Source: Gemmatales bacterium (GTDB lineage: Bacteria > Planctomycetota > Planctomycetia > Gemmatales > HRBIN36). From it: a stretch of DNA of 64,000 bases. The stretch is from assembly GCA_041640595.1 (NCBI GenBank), contig JBEPZY010000003.1:276773-340772 (forward strand). The letters are read 5' to 3'. Below, piece by piece: positions 1 through 10,876 of the stretch (position 1 is its first letter; each line of letters begins with the position of its first letter). Below the pieces are notes generated by a model that did no database searches, had not been told where the DNA came from, and saw only the letters and a program-made list of their open reading frames with translations. The position numbers were made by a program, and so were the translations under genes.

Positions 1-301
1 CCACGCTGTTGTGCACCAGCTCATAGACGAGGTGGTGCAAACCACGCGGCCCGACGTCGCCGATGTACATACCGGGATTGGCGCGGACGTGCGCAGCGTT
101 TTTGAGCACCTGAATGTTGGCGGCGGTGTAGCCACCATCTCCAGCGTGCAACTGCTCCTGGCCGTCCGCGTGTTCTGCAACACCAGCCGAATCCGCAGAC
201 TGCTCCGAATCCCGCGTCGCATCTTGCACACTCGCAGACGCAGCGCGTTCCTGCACCGCAAGCGTTTCCGAATCGTCCATTCGCATCCGTTTTTCGTCCA
301 T
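1..301 (-). CDS. gyrB: DNA gyrase subunit B, 5' part (runs off the window start)
   Basis: Hand translation of the minus strand from ATG at 301 (AGGAG RBS upstream) gives MDEKRM...[43 protein letters not shown], the GyrB/ParE N-terminal motif. It lies downstream of dnaN. Not in the ORF track because it is truncated. Confidence 0.9.
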   Translation of the reverse strand, partial: MDEKRMRMDDSETLAVQERAASASVQDATRDSEQSADSAGVAEHADGQEQLHAGDGGYTAANIQVLKNAAHVRANPGMYIGDVGPRGLHHLVYELVHNSV

Positions 302-456
302 GGCTCTCCTGCCCAGAAGGTTTGTCGTATCCGTGTGGCCGGGTCTATCCCCGACCGGTCGGTTTCAGTTGGCCACAACCCGATGCGTGCCTGGCTTATC
401 GAGTCGGGAACCCTGGGCTTATTCGGGCAACCGCACCGTGACCGTCGCGGTGCCCG

Positions 457-813
457 TCAGCCCAGCCGAAATCGCAAGCGCGTTACCAGGCCCGGCCCCA
501 GTTCTTCCTGCAATCGTTCCAGCAGCCGCACCGCCTCAAACTGTGCCAGCCGGTGCAGCAACGCGGCATCGGAAGCGATGATTTCCAGCACACCCCTTCG
601 CCAGGCACCGAGACGCAATTTCTGAGCCTGCTCTGCTCCCACAATTTCGACCCACGCCGATTCCAGACGCCGACGGGCCTCCACTCGCCGCAGACCGCGA
701 CGCCAGATCACCTCGGCGACCGCTTCTGCCAGGGGCACGGGGCCGGTCTGCCCGGAACCATCCCCTTCGTACCCGCAGCCTCGGCTGGGCCGCACTTGTT
801 CTTTCGCCATCAC
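457..813 (-). CDS. DUF721 / DciA-like protein
   Basis: Pattern 'L..AW.EIVG...A......GVL.I...DAALLH.L......LLERL.......V..LRF'; position between dnaN and gyrB. Confidence 0.75.
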   Translation of the reverse strand: MMAKEQVRPSRGCGYEGDGSGQTGPVPLAEAVAEVIWRRGLRRVEARRRLESAWVEIVGAEQAQKLRLGAWRRGVLEIIASDAALLHRLAQFEAVRLLERLQEELGPGLVTRLRFRLG

Positions 814-1931
814 GCACCCTCTCGTGCCATGGGCATGACCACGTACAGATAATCGCTCCCGGCACGAAAAGCCGCCGCCTTCTCCCGTCCCTGATACTCG
901 AAGACGACCTCCTGGTCGGCATCCAGCACCGACAGCATCTCCACCAGGAAACGTGGATTGAATCGCACCTCCAGCTTCTCACCGGCGTACTCAATCGGCA
1001 ACTGCACCTTGGCCCGACCACCGCGATCCTGCGAGCTGGCCTCAAGCACCAGCTTGTTTCGCTGGAATGTCAGGTCCACGCCATGCCCACGCTCCGGATC
1101 GGCAACAACTGCCGCCTGCTTCACCGCCGCCAGCAAAGGCCCTGCCGTCAGGGTTACCTTCGCAGTCACGTTCTTGGGAATCACTTCCCGATACGGCGGG
1201 AATCGGCCTTCGACCAGCCGCGCGTGCAACACCAACCGCGAGGTTCGGAACAGGCAATCCTGCTGCCGCAGGCGAACGAAAACCGGCTCACCAGGATCGC
1301 CAAGGTTGCGTTCGAGAATGGTCATTGCCCGTGTCGGCACCACCGGACTTCCCTGGCTCGCATGAGCACCATGCCGAATCGCAACCCCATCAGCTATTGC
1401 CAACCTTCGGCCGTCCGTAGCAACAAGCCGCACCTTTTCCCCGTCCAGCTCCCAGAGCACCCCATTCATCGCATACCGAAAACTCTCCTGAGCCGTGGCG
1501 AAAACCACTCGTTCGATCAACCGCCGCAGAGCATCGGCCTGCACCTGATGACTGTCGCCTTCTTCAAACCCCGCTACTTCGGGATACAGTTGCGGATCCT
1601 CAGCCGGCAACTCATATTCGCTGTACTCGCCGGAAATCCGCACACTGCTGTCGCCGCTCTCCAGCACCACTTCCTCATCGGTCAACGCACGCAGCATCTG
1701 CACCAGTTGCGCCGCGGGAATCAGCACATCTCCCGCCTCGTCCACACGGACACTGCGAAGCTCCATCGTCAGGCCGATCGTCTCCAGATCGGTCGCCTGC
1801 AGCCGGGCGCCGTTCTCTTCGACGATCAGTCGCAGGTTCTCCAGAATCGGCCGCGGTGAGCGGCTTGGCACCACCGAATTGACGATGTTGGCTGCTTGCA
1901 GTAACGCTTCGCGGTCGAATGTTGCCTTCAC
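810..1931 (-). CDS. dnaN: DNA polymerase III beta sliding clamp
   Basis: 373 aa; motifs ATDLE, LVATDGRRLA, RLVEGRFPPY, FNPRFL, YVVMPM. Confidence 0.97.
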   Translation of the reverse strand: MKATFDREALLQAANIVNSVVPSRSPRPILENLRLIVEENGARLQATDLETIGLTMELRSVRVDEAGDVLIPAAQLVQMLRALTDEEVVLESGDSSVRISGEYSEYELPAEDPQLYPEVAGFEEGDSHQVQADALRRLIERVVFATAQESFRYAMNGVLWELDGEKVRLVATDGRRLAIADGVAIRHGAHASQGSPVVPTRAMTILERNLGDPGEPVFVRLRQQDCLFRTSRLVLHARLVEGRFPPYREVIPKNVTAKVTLTAGPLLAAVKQAAVVADPERGHGVDLTFQRNKLVLEASSQDRGGRAKVQLPIEYAGEKLEVRFNPRFLVEMLSVLDADQEVVFEYQGREKAAAFRAGSDYLYVVMPMAREGA

Positions 1932-2722
1932 GATCCCGTGTCTCCGTTGATGTTAGAGATTCATTCAGCCATCCAGAGGCTCAGCAGCGCAGATGCGCCG
2001 AGAAGTTCCGGCTTCTGTTGGTGAAGATGCGAAAGTGGTCTTCGGGCCGCCGATTAGTGCGTTCGGCAGTGTGCACGGCGCGGTCGGTAACGGCGTGGAT
2101 GGGCGTGGAAAGTAGCTAACAGCTGCAGGCCTGACCGGTACCGGGGGCAGCTGTGCACACTCTCCAACACTCAGGCCACGCCAGGAGCAACCGTGCTGTG
2201 CATGCTGAGGCCGGAGTTTGGACATTGCGGGTAGAGCTTTCATAAGCCAATACTATTTTACGAAACGGACGCCGCTGGGAAAAGGCGTGATTTCTGGGCG
2301 TAAGCTGTTCCGTGACAGTAACTTGCGTCTCGAATGTGCGGGAATTGGACGGCGTGTGTGGGTGGATTTGCGTTGACGGAACGGGCGGGTTCACGCGGCG
2401 GGGTGGGGGCAAATGTTTCGGCGTGCGAAACGGTTGCGGCCGGGAACGGTGCATCAGGCGACTGGTCGCGTGGGGGACACAGGGGCGGCGTGGGTCAGCT
2501 TTCGGGCGGGGAAACGGCGACGGTAGCAGGCTCTCGCGCCAGCGTTTCGGTTGGTGAACGGTGTAAGGGCGGGGCTTCGCGGCGAAGGAGCGGGTGCTGG
2601 CTCGCGGAGACGAGGTTCCTGTAAGATTACACGGTAGCCTGTAGGGCAGAACTTTGCTCGCTGGACAGGGCGACGAACCGCAAAGACCTGCGGGGTCTGC
2701 CTCGCCGCTGCGGGGACTGGGA

Positions 2723-3130
2723 ATGATCGGGCAGCAGTATCGGCCAGTGGCATTACGCCGCACAGGGACAATCGGTGTCGAGATTGATTGGAGCGACGGG
2801 CACCGCAGCGAGTACACCTGGCGATGGCTGCGGGAAAACTGTCCCTGCGCCAATTGCCGTCAGCAACGGGAAGGTGCACAGCAGCAGGTCTTACCGACCG
2901 GGCAAGGCGCACCTTCGCCAACCGGCGGCAAAATCTCCCTGGCCGTGGTCGGGCCGGGTCAGGTAGGAGGTAATCCTTTCGAGGCTGTGTCGGTTACTCC
3001 AGTTGGCCGATACGCTTACAAGATCGTCTGGGCCGACGGGCACGACACCGGCATCTACAGCTTTGAGTTGCTGCGCCAGCTATGCCAGTGTAGCGATTGC
3101 CGTGCGCGAAAGCAGGTCAGCGCGAAGTAA
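2723..3130 (+). CDS. DUF971 / GBBH-like N-terminal Zn-binding protein
   Basis: W.DGH.S.Y....LR..CPCA.C and VGRYA..I.W.DGHDTGIYSF..LR motifs; adjacent to mrp. Start taken at ATG 2723. Confidence 0.9.
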   Translation: MIGQQYRPVALRRTGTIGVEIDWSDGHRSEYTWRWLRENCPCANCRQQREGAQQQVLPTGQGAPSPTGGKISLAVVGPGQVGGNPFEAVSVTPVGRYAYKIVWADGHDTGIYSFELLRQLCQCSDCRARKQVSAK

Positions 3131-3375
3131 GTCCTTCCGTCGGCGTGACGGCATCAAGGCGGGATGTGGAAATTGGCGAAGGCTTCCGTCGAGGCTATGG
3201 TGTCGGTTGCGGGCAGCTCGAATCGGCGCGACTGTTGCGTAAACTACCTCAGAGTCCCGGTGTGAGCCTGGTGGCGAAGTGCGGGACCTTGCGGATTCGA
3301 GAGCGGCAGGTTCGCATCGTCGGTGCGTTTCCTGCTGGAGCAGATGCAATAAACCCATTCGGGAAGGAGCGCGAT

Positions 3376-4194
3376 ATGTCTATGCCGGGAATGGCGGCAC
3401 GCAAGATCGTGCTGCCGGGCGTGAGCTATACACTGGCTGTCGCCAGCGGCAAAGGGGGCGTGGGCAAGTCCACGGTCGCGGTGAACCTGGCCCTGGCACT
3501 AAGGCAGAAGGGTAAGCGGGTCGGCTTGCTCGACGCGGACATCTACGGCCCCAGTGTCCCCATGATGCTCGGGCTGGGCACAGTGGATCCGCGGCTGGCA
3601 ACGTTTCCGCTGGAAAAGTTCGGCATGAAGGTGATGTCCATGGGCTTCCTCGTCCCGCCGGATCGCGCTGTGATCTGGCGGGGACCGATGGTGCATAAAG
3701 CGGTGGAGCAGTTTCTCAGCGACATTGACTGGGGGGAGCTCGATTTTCTGGTGGTGGACTTGCCACCAGGAACAGGCGATGCCCAGCTCACGCTGACCCA
3801 GTCGGCACCGCTCACCGGCGCGATCATCGTAACGACGCCGCAGGATGTCAGCCTCATTGATGCACGCAAGGGTTTGCGCATGTTTCAGGAGGTACGTGTC
3901 CCGGTGTTGGGCATCGTCGAGAACATGAGCTACTTCATCTGTCCCAAATGCGGCGAGCGGTGGGAAATCTTCCGACACGGCGGCGGACAGCGGTGCGCTG
4001 CGGAACTGGGTGTCCCGTTTCTGGGAGCGATTCCGATCGATCCAACGGTGGCGGTGCAGGGTGATAGCGGCGTGCCCATTGTGGAAAGCCATCCTGACTC
4101 CGAGGTGGCTCGCGTCTATCACGAACTGGCTGACCGGGTCATCGCCGCCGCAGCTTCAGCGAAAGAACAGGAATCGCCCTTGCCGTCACTCTAG
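3376..4194 (+). CDS. mrp: Mrp/NBP35 Fe-S cluster carrier ATPase (ApbC)
   Basis: SGKGGVGKST, DADIYGPS, WRGPM, DLPPGTGD, GIVENMS and CPKC motifs; GGAG RBS before ATG 3376. Confidence 0.95.
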   Translation: MSMPGMAARKIVLPGVSYTLAVASGKGGVGKSTVAVNLALALRQKGKRVGLLDADIYGPSVPMMLGLGTVDPRLATFPLEKFGMKVMSMGFLVPPDRAVIWRGPMVHKAVEQFLSDIDWGELDFLVVDLPPGTGDAQLTLTQSAPLTGAIIVTTPQDVSLIDARKGLRMFQEVRVPVLGIVENMSYFICPKCGERWEIFRHGGGQRCAAELGVPFLGAIPIDPTVAVQGDSGVPIVESHPDSEVARVYHELADRVIAAAASAKEQESPLPSL

Positions 4195-4398
4195 CGGCAA
4201 CCGACCACGCTGCGAGGGATGGTTGTGCACAACGGAGCCGCTCGATCCCCGGACAAGGGATCGATCTGGGCTATCCCAGGTACGGTTTCTGAACATGGTC
4301 GATTCGCTGGATTTCGGCCTGACACCAGAGCCCAGCCCTGGGCTTGTTGATGTTACACCGGGAAGAAGCGCAGGTAGTGAACGGCTGGAAGGGCACGG

Positions 4399-4797
4399 TT
4401 ACCATTGCTTGAGTTCCCACCAGCCCCAGAACAGGGTCGTCAGGGCGACCAGCCACAATGCCCAGAAACACACCCGAGCGAAAACTCCAGAAACAGGTTC
4501 GAACACGGGCCAGATGACCTGGTCCGCCAGGGCGATAAGTGCAGCACCTGCGGTCATCTTGGCCTGGGCGGTTTGCCACCAGGGTCGGTGTTCGATGCCG
4601 ACGCGGCGAAGGTAAACGTAGGCACTTTCGACTTCGGGTGCTTCGACCCGTTCGCGTTGGTGGTAAATAGCCGCGGCGATAGCAGCTTGTTCCAGGGCCT
4701 GTTCAACCAGACCGATCAGGGCGTGCTTCCTCTGTATGGCCTGGCGTGACCATCGCACCCGCGACGGCTGGTCTGACGAAGCGCTAGCCCGACTCAT
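4399..4797 (-). CDS. Hypothetical membrane protein
   Basis: Two C-terminal hydrophobic segments; starts 3 bp after the upstream gene's stop. Confidence 0.6.
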   Translation of the reverse strand: MSRASASSDQPSRVRWSRQAIQRKHALIGLVEQALEQAAIAAAIYHQRERVEAPEVESAYVYLRRVGIEHRPWWQTAQAKMTAGAALIALADQVIWPVFEPVSGVFARVCFWALWLVALTTLFWGWWELKQW

Positions 4798-4800
4798 ACG

Positions 4801-5151
4801 CTATTCCTGAGGAGTGCAAGCAGGTTCGGAAGAGGAGGCCAGGTATGTCTCCATCTGATTCAGAAACGGTTGAATCACGTCGGCATGTTCGGGGTGGGAT
4901 TCGACGTAGAGTTTGAGCGCATCTTCGAGCACTCGTGCAGCCCGCCGGGCATGTTCCAATCGCACCAGCGGACGAGGTGTGGTTGCGCGGGAGAAGGACT
5001 GGTCTTCGAGGGCGAACTTCGCGGCAAGCTCGGTGATCAGTTCGTCGAGTTGCCTGGGGAGCCAGTCAAACACCCGAAGCGCGTCGCCAGAGATGTCGAA
5101 GTCGGTGGGCAGTTCTAGCTTCGTCGGCGGCATGGTTGCGGCTCCGCTCAT
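4801..5151 (-). CDS. Hypothetical protein
   Basis: Coding-like composition; ATG overlaps the upstream gene's stop. Confidence 0.6.
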   Translation of the reverse strand: MSGAATMPPTKLELPTDFDISGDALRVFDWLPRQLDELITELAAKFALEDQSFSRATTPRPLVRLEHARRAARVLEDALKLYVESHPEHADVIQPFLNQMETYLASSSEPACTPQE

Positions 5152-6095
5152 TTAGCTTCCAGTTTCGGCATGGACGGGCGCTCGCTGCTGACATGGGAAC
5201 GGTACTTGGTTTCCTGTTTGATCTCCATAGTGGAAGTGGGTTCGGCATCGGCGGGTTTGCCGGCGGCAAGTACCAGCACCACGCGAAGACGGTAGCTGGA
5301 ATTAAGTTCGCTCCGGGCGAGCCGGCCGGCCTCACGGTCAAACCACAGCGTGCCTTTCCAGTCCTGTTCGAGGATTTCGCCTTTGCTCACCTGCACAGGC
5401 AAATCCCCGGCGGCTTTCGGCAGCGTGTAGGTCGCGGTCGCGGTCGAACGGATGCGGTCCAGGACTTTTCCTTCCACGGTTTCCGTACCATCGTAGGTCA
5501 GCTTCTGGCGGAGATTGAAAGTGCCGAGAGGCCCGGCGGGGATGGTGAACTGTCGTTCCCACTGGTCGCCGGGCTTGACTGGCTTGTCCGGCAGGAAATT
5601 GAACTCGCCCTGAATCTGCTCGCGCAGCGAGGCTTCGCTCACCATTTCCTGCAAAACTTTCCCCGCCACGGGGTCGTCGGCGCCGATTTTCTTGAGCAGT
5701 TCCTGATGCCCTTCCAGCTTGGTAATCTTGAAGCTGCGGTCCATGTGCACTTTCAGCTTGATGCCGCGCATCTGCGCGAAAATGCTGCCGAGCAGGTCAC
5801 GGTTATCGGTGGCCACGTCTTCTACGGTGTGTTCCAGCACATAGCCGTTCGGAGATGCTTCGAGAACCTGATAGCGATAGAGCATCACCACGCGCATGCG
5901 CTGGGAAACAGTCTGGTCTTTGAGGGTCGTGTCGCTCCTGGCTTCGGTGTCGGTAAGGAGATAAAAGACTTCTCCGGGGCGGAGTTTCCAGTTCAGGGAG
6001 ACTTCCTGAGCAGGCACAGGTGCAGCGACGCACACCAGCCCGACACAGACCAGCCAACCCGTCCCCACCAACCGGCGAATGGCAAAGCGCGACAT
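5148..6095 (-). CDS. Secreted beta-rich protein (DUF6263-like)
   Basis: Signal peptide MSRFAIRR...APVPA-Q; 'L.WKLRPGE', 'FLPDKPVKPGDQW', 'GTLWFD..AGRL'; GGAGG RBS. Confidence 0.7.
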   Translation of the reverse strand: MSRFAIRRLVGTGWLVCVGLVCVAAPVPAQEVSLNWKLRPGEVFYLLTDTEARSDTTLKDQTVSQRMRVVMLYRYQVLEASPNGYVLEHTVEDVATDNRDLLGSIFAQMRGIKLKVHMDRSFKITKLEGHQELLKKIGADDPVAGKVLQEMVSEASLREQIQGEFNFLPDKPVKPGDQWERQFTIPAGPLGTFNLRQKLTYDGTETVEGKVLDRIRSTATATYTLPKAAGDLPVQVSKGEILEQDWKGTLWFDREAGRLARSELNSSYRLRVVLVLAAGKPADAEPTSTMEIKQETKYRSHVSSERPSMPKLEAK

Positions 6096-6770
6096 ACGTT
6101 CCTCCTCCTGTGCGCGAAGGTGATAGTGGTACGCCACTGGATTTGGCAAGTGTGGCGAAGCTCGCAGCAATCGCCGACATTGTAACGTTTCGCCCCAGCA
6201 TGACCAGCCTGAGTCGCGGCAGCGCTGGGGTTAAGCGTAAGGCTCGGCAGCAAAAACGAATCCGCAGGCAGCCCAGTTCGTATCGGCTTACCCGAACCGA
6301 GCAACATCGCCTGGAGTATCGCACCGGCCTTTTCGACAGCCAGCTGGCCGCAGGCAGAACCAAGGCAGCGAAAGAACGTTCGAGCATCGCACCGGGTGCT
6401 TGGCTAGCTCGCAATTGCATGCGATTTATCGTGCCTTGCCTATGGTGCCGTTCTTTTGGACCGCCGACAGTGGCGGCGAGACAAGCTGCGTGAGTCAATG
6501 CTGCGAATTTCGGTGGGGCAAGTGCGAAGTAACTAATGGGTCGAGCCGATCGGCTCGCCGCATTATGCGGGGGAGCAAGGGGCAAGCGGCTGTCCGCTAC
6601 AATGATGGCAGAGCGAACAGGCCAACGTGTCCCAATGGCGGAGGATGTGAATCACGGCTGCCTTGCCCATACGGGGGGACTCGTTGCACCGCAGGGTGGC
6701 GTGATCGGTCAGAGGGGGAATAAAGCTTCCGCGGGGCTGCCAGCCAAAGCAGGTAGGCGAGGAGTTAGCC

Positions 6771-7334
6771 ATGTCCGAACCGATACGTGAACCGCCAGAC
6801 GAGCACCGAGACAAACCGCAACCCGAACCGACCGATGGGCAGGAAGTTCCAGAGCAGACCGAAACACGACCCATCGAGGAGTGGCTGGCGGAGCTCGATG
6901 GTGTTTGCCAGGAGATGGCCAAGCGCCTCCCGAACGTAGAAGAGCGGCTCGATAAGTGTGAAGCACAGCTCAAGGAACATAGCGAAGCGCTGGAAACGCT
7001 GCGTACCCAGCGGCCAGCCGGGGAAGCCTCCGACCCGGTGGAAGCAATGCCCAGCCGCTGGCTGATCGCCGACATCTGGCACGATGTGCGTCTGGTAGTG
7101 CGGATGTTTCGGGATGCGCGTTATCGAGTGGCATGGACGACATCCATCATAGCGTTGGGAGCGTTGATTTATCTGCTGTTCGGGACCTGGTTGCGGAACT
7201 GGCTGGGCTGGGGTTGGAATGTGCCGGTGCTCAGCTATGTTGATATTGTGGTGGTGGCGTATCTCGGGCTGAAAGTGCTGAGCCGGGAGCTCCGCCGCTA
7301 CGAGTATTTCCTGCAGACACGGAGGGGACGATGA
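6771..7334 (+). CDS. Hypothetical membrane protein (coiled coil plus two C-terminal TM helices, loosely YkvA/DUF1232-like)
   Basis: GAGGAG RBS; stop overlaps pdxJ start. Confidence 0.7.
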   Translation: MSEPIREPPDEHRDKPQPEPTDGQEVPEQTETRPIEEWLAELDGVCQEMAKRLPNVEERLDKCEAQLKEHSEALETLRTQRPAGEASDPVEAMPSRWLIADIWHDVRLVVRMFRDARYRVAWTTSIIALGALIYLLFGTWLRNWLGWGWNVPVLSYVDIVVVAYLGLKVLSRELRRYEYFLQTRRGR

Positions 7335-8065
7335 TTCGATTAGGAGTGAACATAGACCACGTGGCGACGGTTCGACAGGCACGCCGTGGCCGAGAACCGG
7401 ATCCGGTCTGGGCAGCGGTCGAGGCTCAGCTCGGCGGTGCCGACGGGATCACCGTTCACCTGCGGGAAGACCGCCGACATATCCAGGACCGCGATGTGCG
7501 TTTGCTGCGGGAGATTGTGGCGGTGCGGCTCAATCTGGAAATGAGCCTGAACGAGGAGATCGTTCGCTTCGCCTGTGAGGTGCGTCCCGACGAAGCCACG
7601 CTGGTACCGGAACGCCGGCAGGAGTTGACGACCGAAGGCGGCCTGGATGTAGTGGCACTGGAAGATCGCGTGCAGGAAGTGGTGGCACGGTTGAAGGAAC
7701 GGGGTATCCTCGTTTCGCTGTTCATCGAGGCGGATGCCCGGCAAATCGAAGCGGCACGACTGGTGGGAGCGGACGCCGTGGAATTCCACACCGGCCGTTA
7801 CGCCAACGCTGCCGATCACGAGTCGCTACGTCAGGAGCTCGACGCTCTCACGCACGCCGCACGCCGTGCTCACGAAGCCGGACTGCGGGTACACATGGGA
7901 CACGGGTTGAATTATCAGAATGTCTGCGCCATCGCGGCCATTCCGCATGTGGAAGAACTCAACATCGGGCACAGCATCGTCGCTCGCGCTATTTTCGTGG
8001 GCATGCGACAGGCTGTGCGCGAGATGAAGGAGGTGATTTGCCTGGCCGAACGGCGAGCCCGGTAG
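7331..8065 (+). CDS. pdxJ: Pyridoxine 5'-phosphate synthase
   Basis: [50 protein letters not shown]. Confidence 0.98.
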   Translation: MIRLGVNIDHVATVRQARRGREPDPVWAAVEAQLGGADGITVHLREDRRHIQDRDVRLLREIVAVRLNLEMSLNEEIVRFACEVRPDEATLVPERRQELTTEGGLDVVALEDRVQEVVARLKERGILVSLFIEADARQIEAARLVGADAVEFHTGRYANAADHESLRQELDALTHAARRAHEAGLRVHMGHGLNYQNVCAIAAIPHVEELNIGHSIVARAIFVGMRQAVREMKEVICLAERRAR

Positions 8066-8106
8066 CTCGTTCGGGCCAACCGTAAGACATGGCATCGCGG
8101 TGAAGA

Positions 8107-8889
8107 TCACCGGGTTTCCAAGGCCCGGCGTCGGGCAATGAGTGCCGCGACATAGCCGCCTTTGAACCCGCTATCAATGTTGACGACAACCACGTTGGCG
8201 GCGCAACTGTTGAGCATGCCCAGGAGCGCAGCCAATCCGCCGAACGATGCCCCATAGCCAACACTGGTAGGCACGGCAATCACCGGGCAACTCACCAGTC
8301 CGCCGACAGCGCTGGGCAACGCCCCTTCCATGCCCGCTACCACGACCAGCACGTCCATCTGCCGCAATCGTTCCAGGTGGCGGAACAGGCGATGAATACC
8401 GGCGACGCCGACATCGGCGATCAACTCGGCCTGGCATCCGAACGCGCGCACGGTCGCCAGCGCTTCGCGTGCCACCGGGAGATCGGCGGTTCCAGCCGTC
8501 ACGATGCCAACCCATCCCGCCGGGCTGGGCCGGTCAGAAACTTCACCCGGTAGCCAGAAGGTTCGCCCCAGGCGATCCTGCTCCGCCTGCGGGAAACGCT
8601 GGCGTAACAACTCCGCCTGGCTGTCATTGACACGGGTAGCCAGACAGGCCTGGCCAGCCTTCCGCAGTTCTTCGACGATCGCCACCACCTGTTCCGGTGT
8701 TTTGCCCTCGCAAAAGATCACTTCTGGAAAACCGCAGCGGCGCTGGCGGTCCATGTCCACCTGGGCAAAACCGAGATCGGCCACGGCGGTTTGGTCCAAC
8801 AGTGCCAGCGCTGCCTCGACCGTCAATTCCTGGCGGTGAAGGCGCTCGAGAATTTCCCGACGCGAAAGAGCGGTGACGGCTAGCGACAT
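8107..8889 (-). CDS. larB: Nickel pincer cofactor biosynthesis protein LarB (PurE-related)
   Basis: R.GFPEVIF.EGK, TAGTADLPVA, DVGVAGIHR, AGMEGALPS, PTSVGYG, VVNID.GF. Confidence 0.93.
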   Translation of the reverse strand: MSLAVTALSRREILERLHRQELTVEAALALLDQTAVADLGFAQVDMDRQRRCGFPEVIFCEGKTPEQVVAIVEELRKAGQACLATRVNDSQAELLRQRFPQAEQDRLGRTFWLPGEVSDRPSPAGWVGIVTAGTADLPVAREALATVRAFGCQAELIADVGVAGIHRLFRHLERLRQMDVLVVVAGMEGALPSAVGGLVSCPVIAVPTSVGYGASFGGLAALLGMLNSCAANVVVVNIDSGFKGGYVAALIARRRALETR

Positions 8890-8903
8890 GGCCTGGAGCG
8901 GGG

Positions 8904-10328
8904 TCAGGGTTGTGCGGGTGCGAAGACGTACAGCTCGGTAACTTTGGGTGGCTGGTTGTCGAGGAATTTGAGCAGCGGATTGATGTCAATGGGTTTGCTC
9001 AAGTCGCGGGCGCGGGTGAGTTCGTCGAGCGGCTTGATCATGAGCGGCAGGAGTTTCTGCACATAGGATTGTTTGGCGTAAGCGGGGTGGCTTTGCACTT
9101 CCAGAAGCCGGGCCCGGAGCAGAGCCGCGTAGAACTGCCACGGTTGGCGGCGTCCTTCGGTGTCGGCGTTGGCCTGGGTAATCAGCTCGGCGACAAACCG
9201 GCCGACCTCGTGGAAAGCGTAGTCGCTCTGGTAGGGCCCTTTCGCATCGGGCAGCAGTGCCAGCAATCCTGCCGCCGCTTCTACCTGTTCGGCGAGGGAA
9301 GGTTGTGGGCTGAATTTCGCGGCTGGGTCAGCTTTCATGACCTGGAGAAAAATTTCCGCGACTCGGCCGGTCTTGGGATTGGCCGGGTCGAGCAGGGGTC
9401 GGCGAAGGTGAGCCAGTGCGCGTAATCCCGCCCGACGGAACGACTGCCAGCCCGCCTGTTCTTCCGATGGCCAGGTTTTGATCAGGGCCGGATCGAGATG
9501 GTAGGCCCAGGTGAGCCAGCGTTCGATGAGGGTAGCGGCTCGGGTTACGATTTCCGGCGGCAAAATGATCCGCTTCGGATCGCGGTTGCTGGCCACGGCG
9601 TGAAACAGCTCACCAAAACCGCGGATCGCCCAGTAGCGCTCGGATTGGTGCGCTGCCGAAGCATCTATCGGATACTTTTCCAGCGGATACAAAAGGACAG
9701 GGTAGATCTCGCCGATCCCTCGTTCGGCAAACAGGTAGGCCATGCGCATCGCGTTGATGCGTACAATCGGTCGCGGATCCTGCAAAACCCGCAGCAAGGC
9801 CGGAACGAACGCTCTGGCCAGTTCGCTGGCGTACTGGCGAACGCGGCGAGTCTGTTCGGGCGGAATATCCTCGCTCAATTCCAGGGCGCGGGCAAACGGT
9901 AACACCGTTTTGGCAAGCTGATCCATGTGTTCGCGGAGGGCGTTTGGTGTCGTGTACATCGGATTTTCATGGGTAAGTCTGTAGGCGTAAAACCGTGCCA
10001 CCTGTTCGAGCAACTTGCGGCGCTCCTGCTCATCCATGCTGAACTCGACATCGCCACTTCGCAACCGCGCCAGGGGAATTCGGTGGGCAGGAAGCAACTT
10101 TCCCTCGTCGAGACGGAGCGATTCTGCGGTCAGTGCGATGCCGGGCGCGACCGGTTTGGCAGGTGCTTTGTCCCCCGCCTTCTGGGCTGCGGGATCCTCG
10201 GCCGGCTTAGCGGGGGCTGGTTTGTCGGTGGGCTTGTCTTTATCGGGCTTTTCCGGCGCGGATTTCTCCTGTGCCACCACCAGTGCCGCAACCACCATCA
10301 AAATAGCGCAGACTGATTTGTGCCGCAT
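8904..10328 (-). CDS. Secreted alpha-helical hypothetical protein (HEAT-like)
   Basis: Signal peptide from MRHKSV, K/P/A-rich linker, 'LQDPRPIVRINAMR' HEAT-like segment. Confidence 0.7.
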   Translation of the reverse strand: MRHKSVCAILMVVAALVVAQEKSAPEKPDKDKPTDKPAPAKPAEDPAAQKAGDKAPAKPVAPGIALTAESLRLDEGKLLPAHRIPLARLRSGDVEFSMDEQERRKLLEQVARFYAYRLTHENPMYTTPNALREHMDQLAKTVLPFARALELSEDIPPEQTRRVRQYASELARAFVPALLRVLQDPRPIVRINAMRMAYLFAERGIGEIYPVLLYPLEKYPIDASAAHQSERYWAIRGFGELFHAVASNRDPKRIILPPEIVTRAATLIERWLTWAYHLDPALIKTWPSEEQAGWQSFRRAGLRALAHLRRPLLDPANPKTGRVAEIFLQVMKADPAAKFSPQPSLAEQVEAAAGLLALLPDAKGPYQSDYAFHEVGRFVAELITQANADTEGRRQPWQFYAALLRARLLEVQSHPAYAKQSYVQKLLPLMIKPLDELTRARDLSKPIDINPLLKFLDNQPPKVTELYVFAPAQP

Positions 10329-10535
10329 GAGGTGTCTCCCAAGGCGGATTGACTGGACTACCTGAAGCAGAGCCCGGCCCCCCAACTGAGATGCCTCCAC
10401 CATCAGGTTATCACCGCATCTCCACCGCGTCAAGCATCAGCGAAGCCGGAGACTTGCGACTGCGGTTCGATCTGACTGTCGGCCACTCACCTGCGAGAGA
10501 ATCGCTCTCTCGCAATGACGGCTGCCGTCGCAGTA

Positions 10536-10876
10536 CCACGGCGGGCTGACGCCCACCGCTCTTGGTCGTGCGTGCGTATGTGCAGCGTAAAAATCGTTTT
10601 TTCGCCGGCAGAGATGCGCGTTCCGCCACAAGAGCGGGGGGCGTTAGCCCCCCGTGGCGCCGATAAACGCGAATGCAACGGCAATCCGCACACACACCGT
10701 CGGCGGTCTGCCGACGAATAGCGGGCGTGTGTGCGGATGCGATTTTGCCGGCCCACGGCGGGCTGACGCCCGCCGCTCTTGTTCGGATGTGCGGATGTGC
10801 AGCGTAAAAATCGTTTTTTCGCCGGCAGAGATGCGCGTTCGACCGCAAGAGCGGGGGGCGTTAGCCCCCCGTGGTG
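10536..10876. repeat. REP-like palindrome cluster 1 (between convergent-side genes)
   Basis: Alternating-orientation copies of CCACGGCGGGCTGACGCCCGCCGCTCTTG and CAAGAGCGGGGGGCGTTAGCCCCCCGTGG with conserved linkers. Confidence 0.85.

Noticed and set aside
6180..6770. Possible ncRNA or small gene in long intergenic gaps (also 17600-18070)
   Set aside because: I could not recognise any tRNA, tmRNA, RNase P, SRP or riboswitch signature by eye, nor a convincing ORF.
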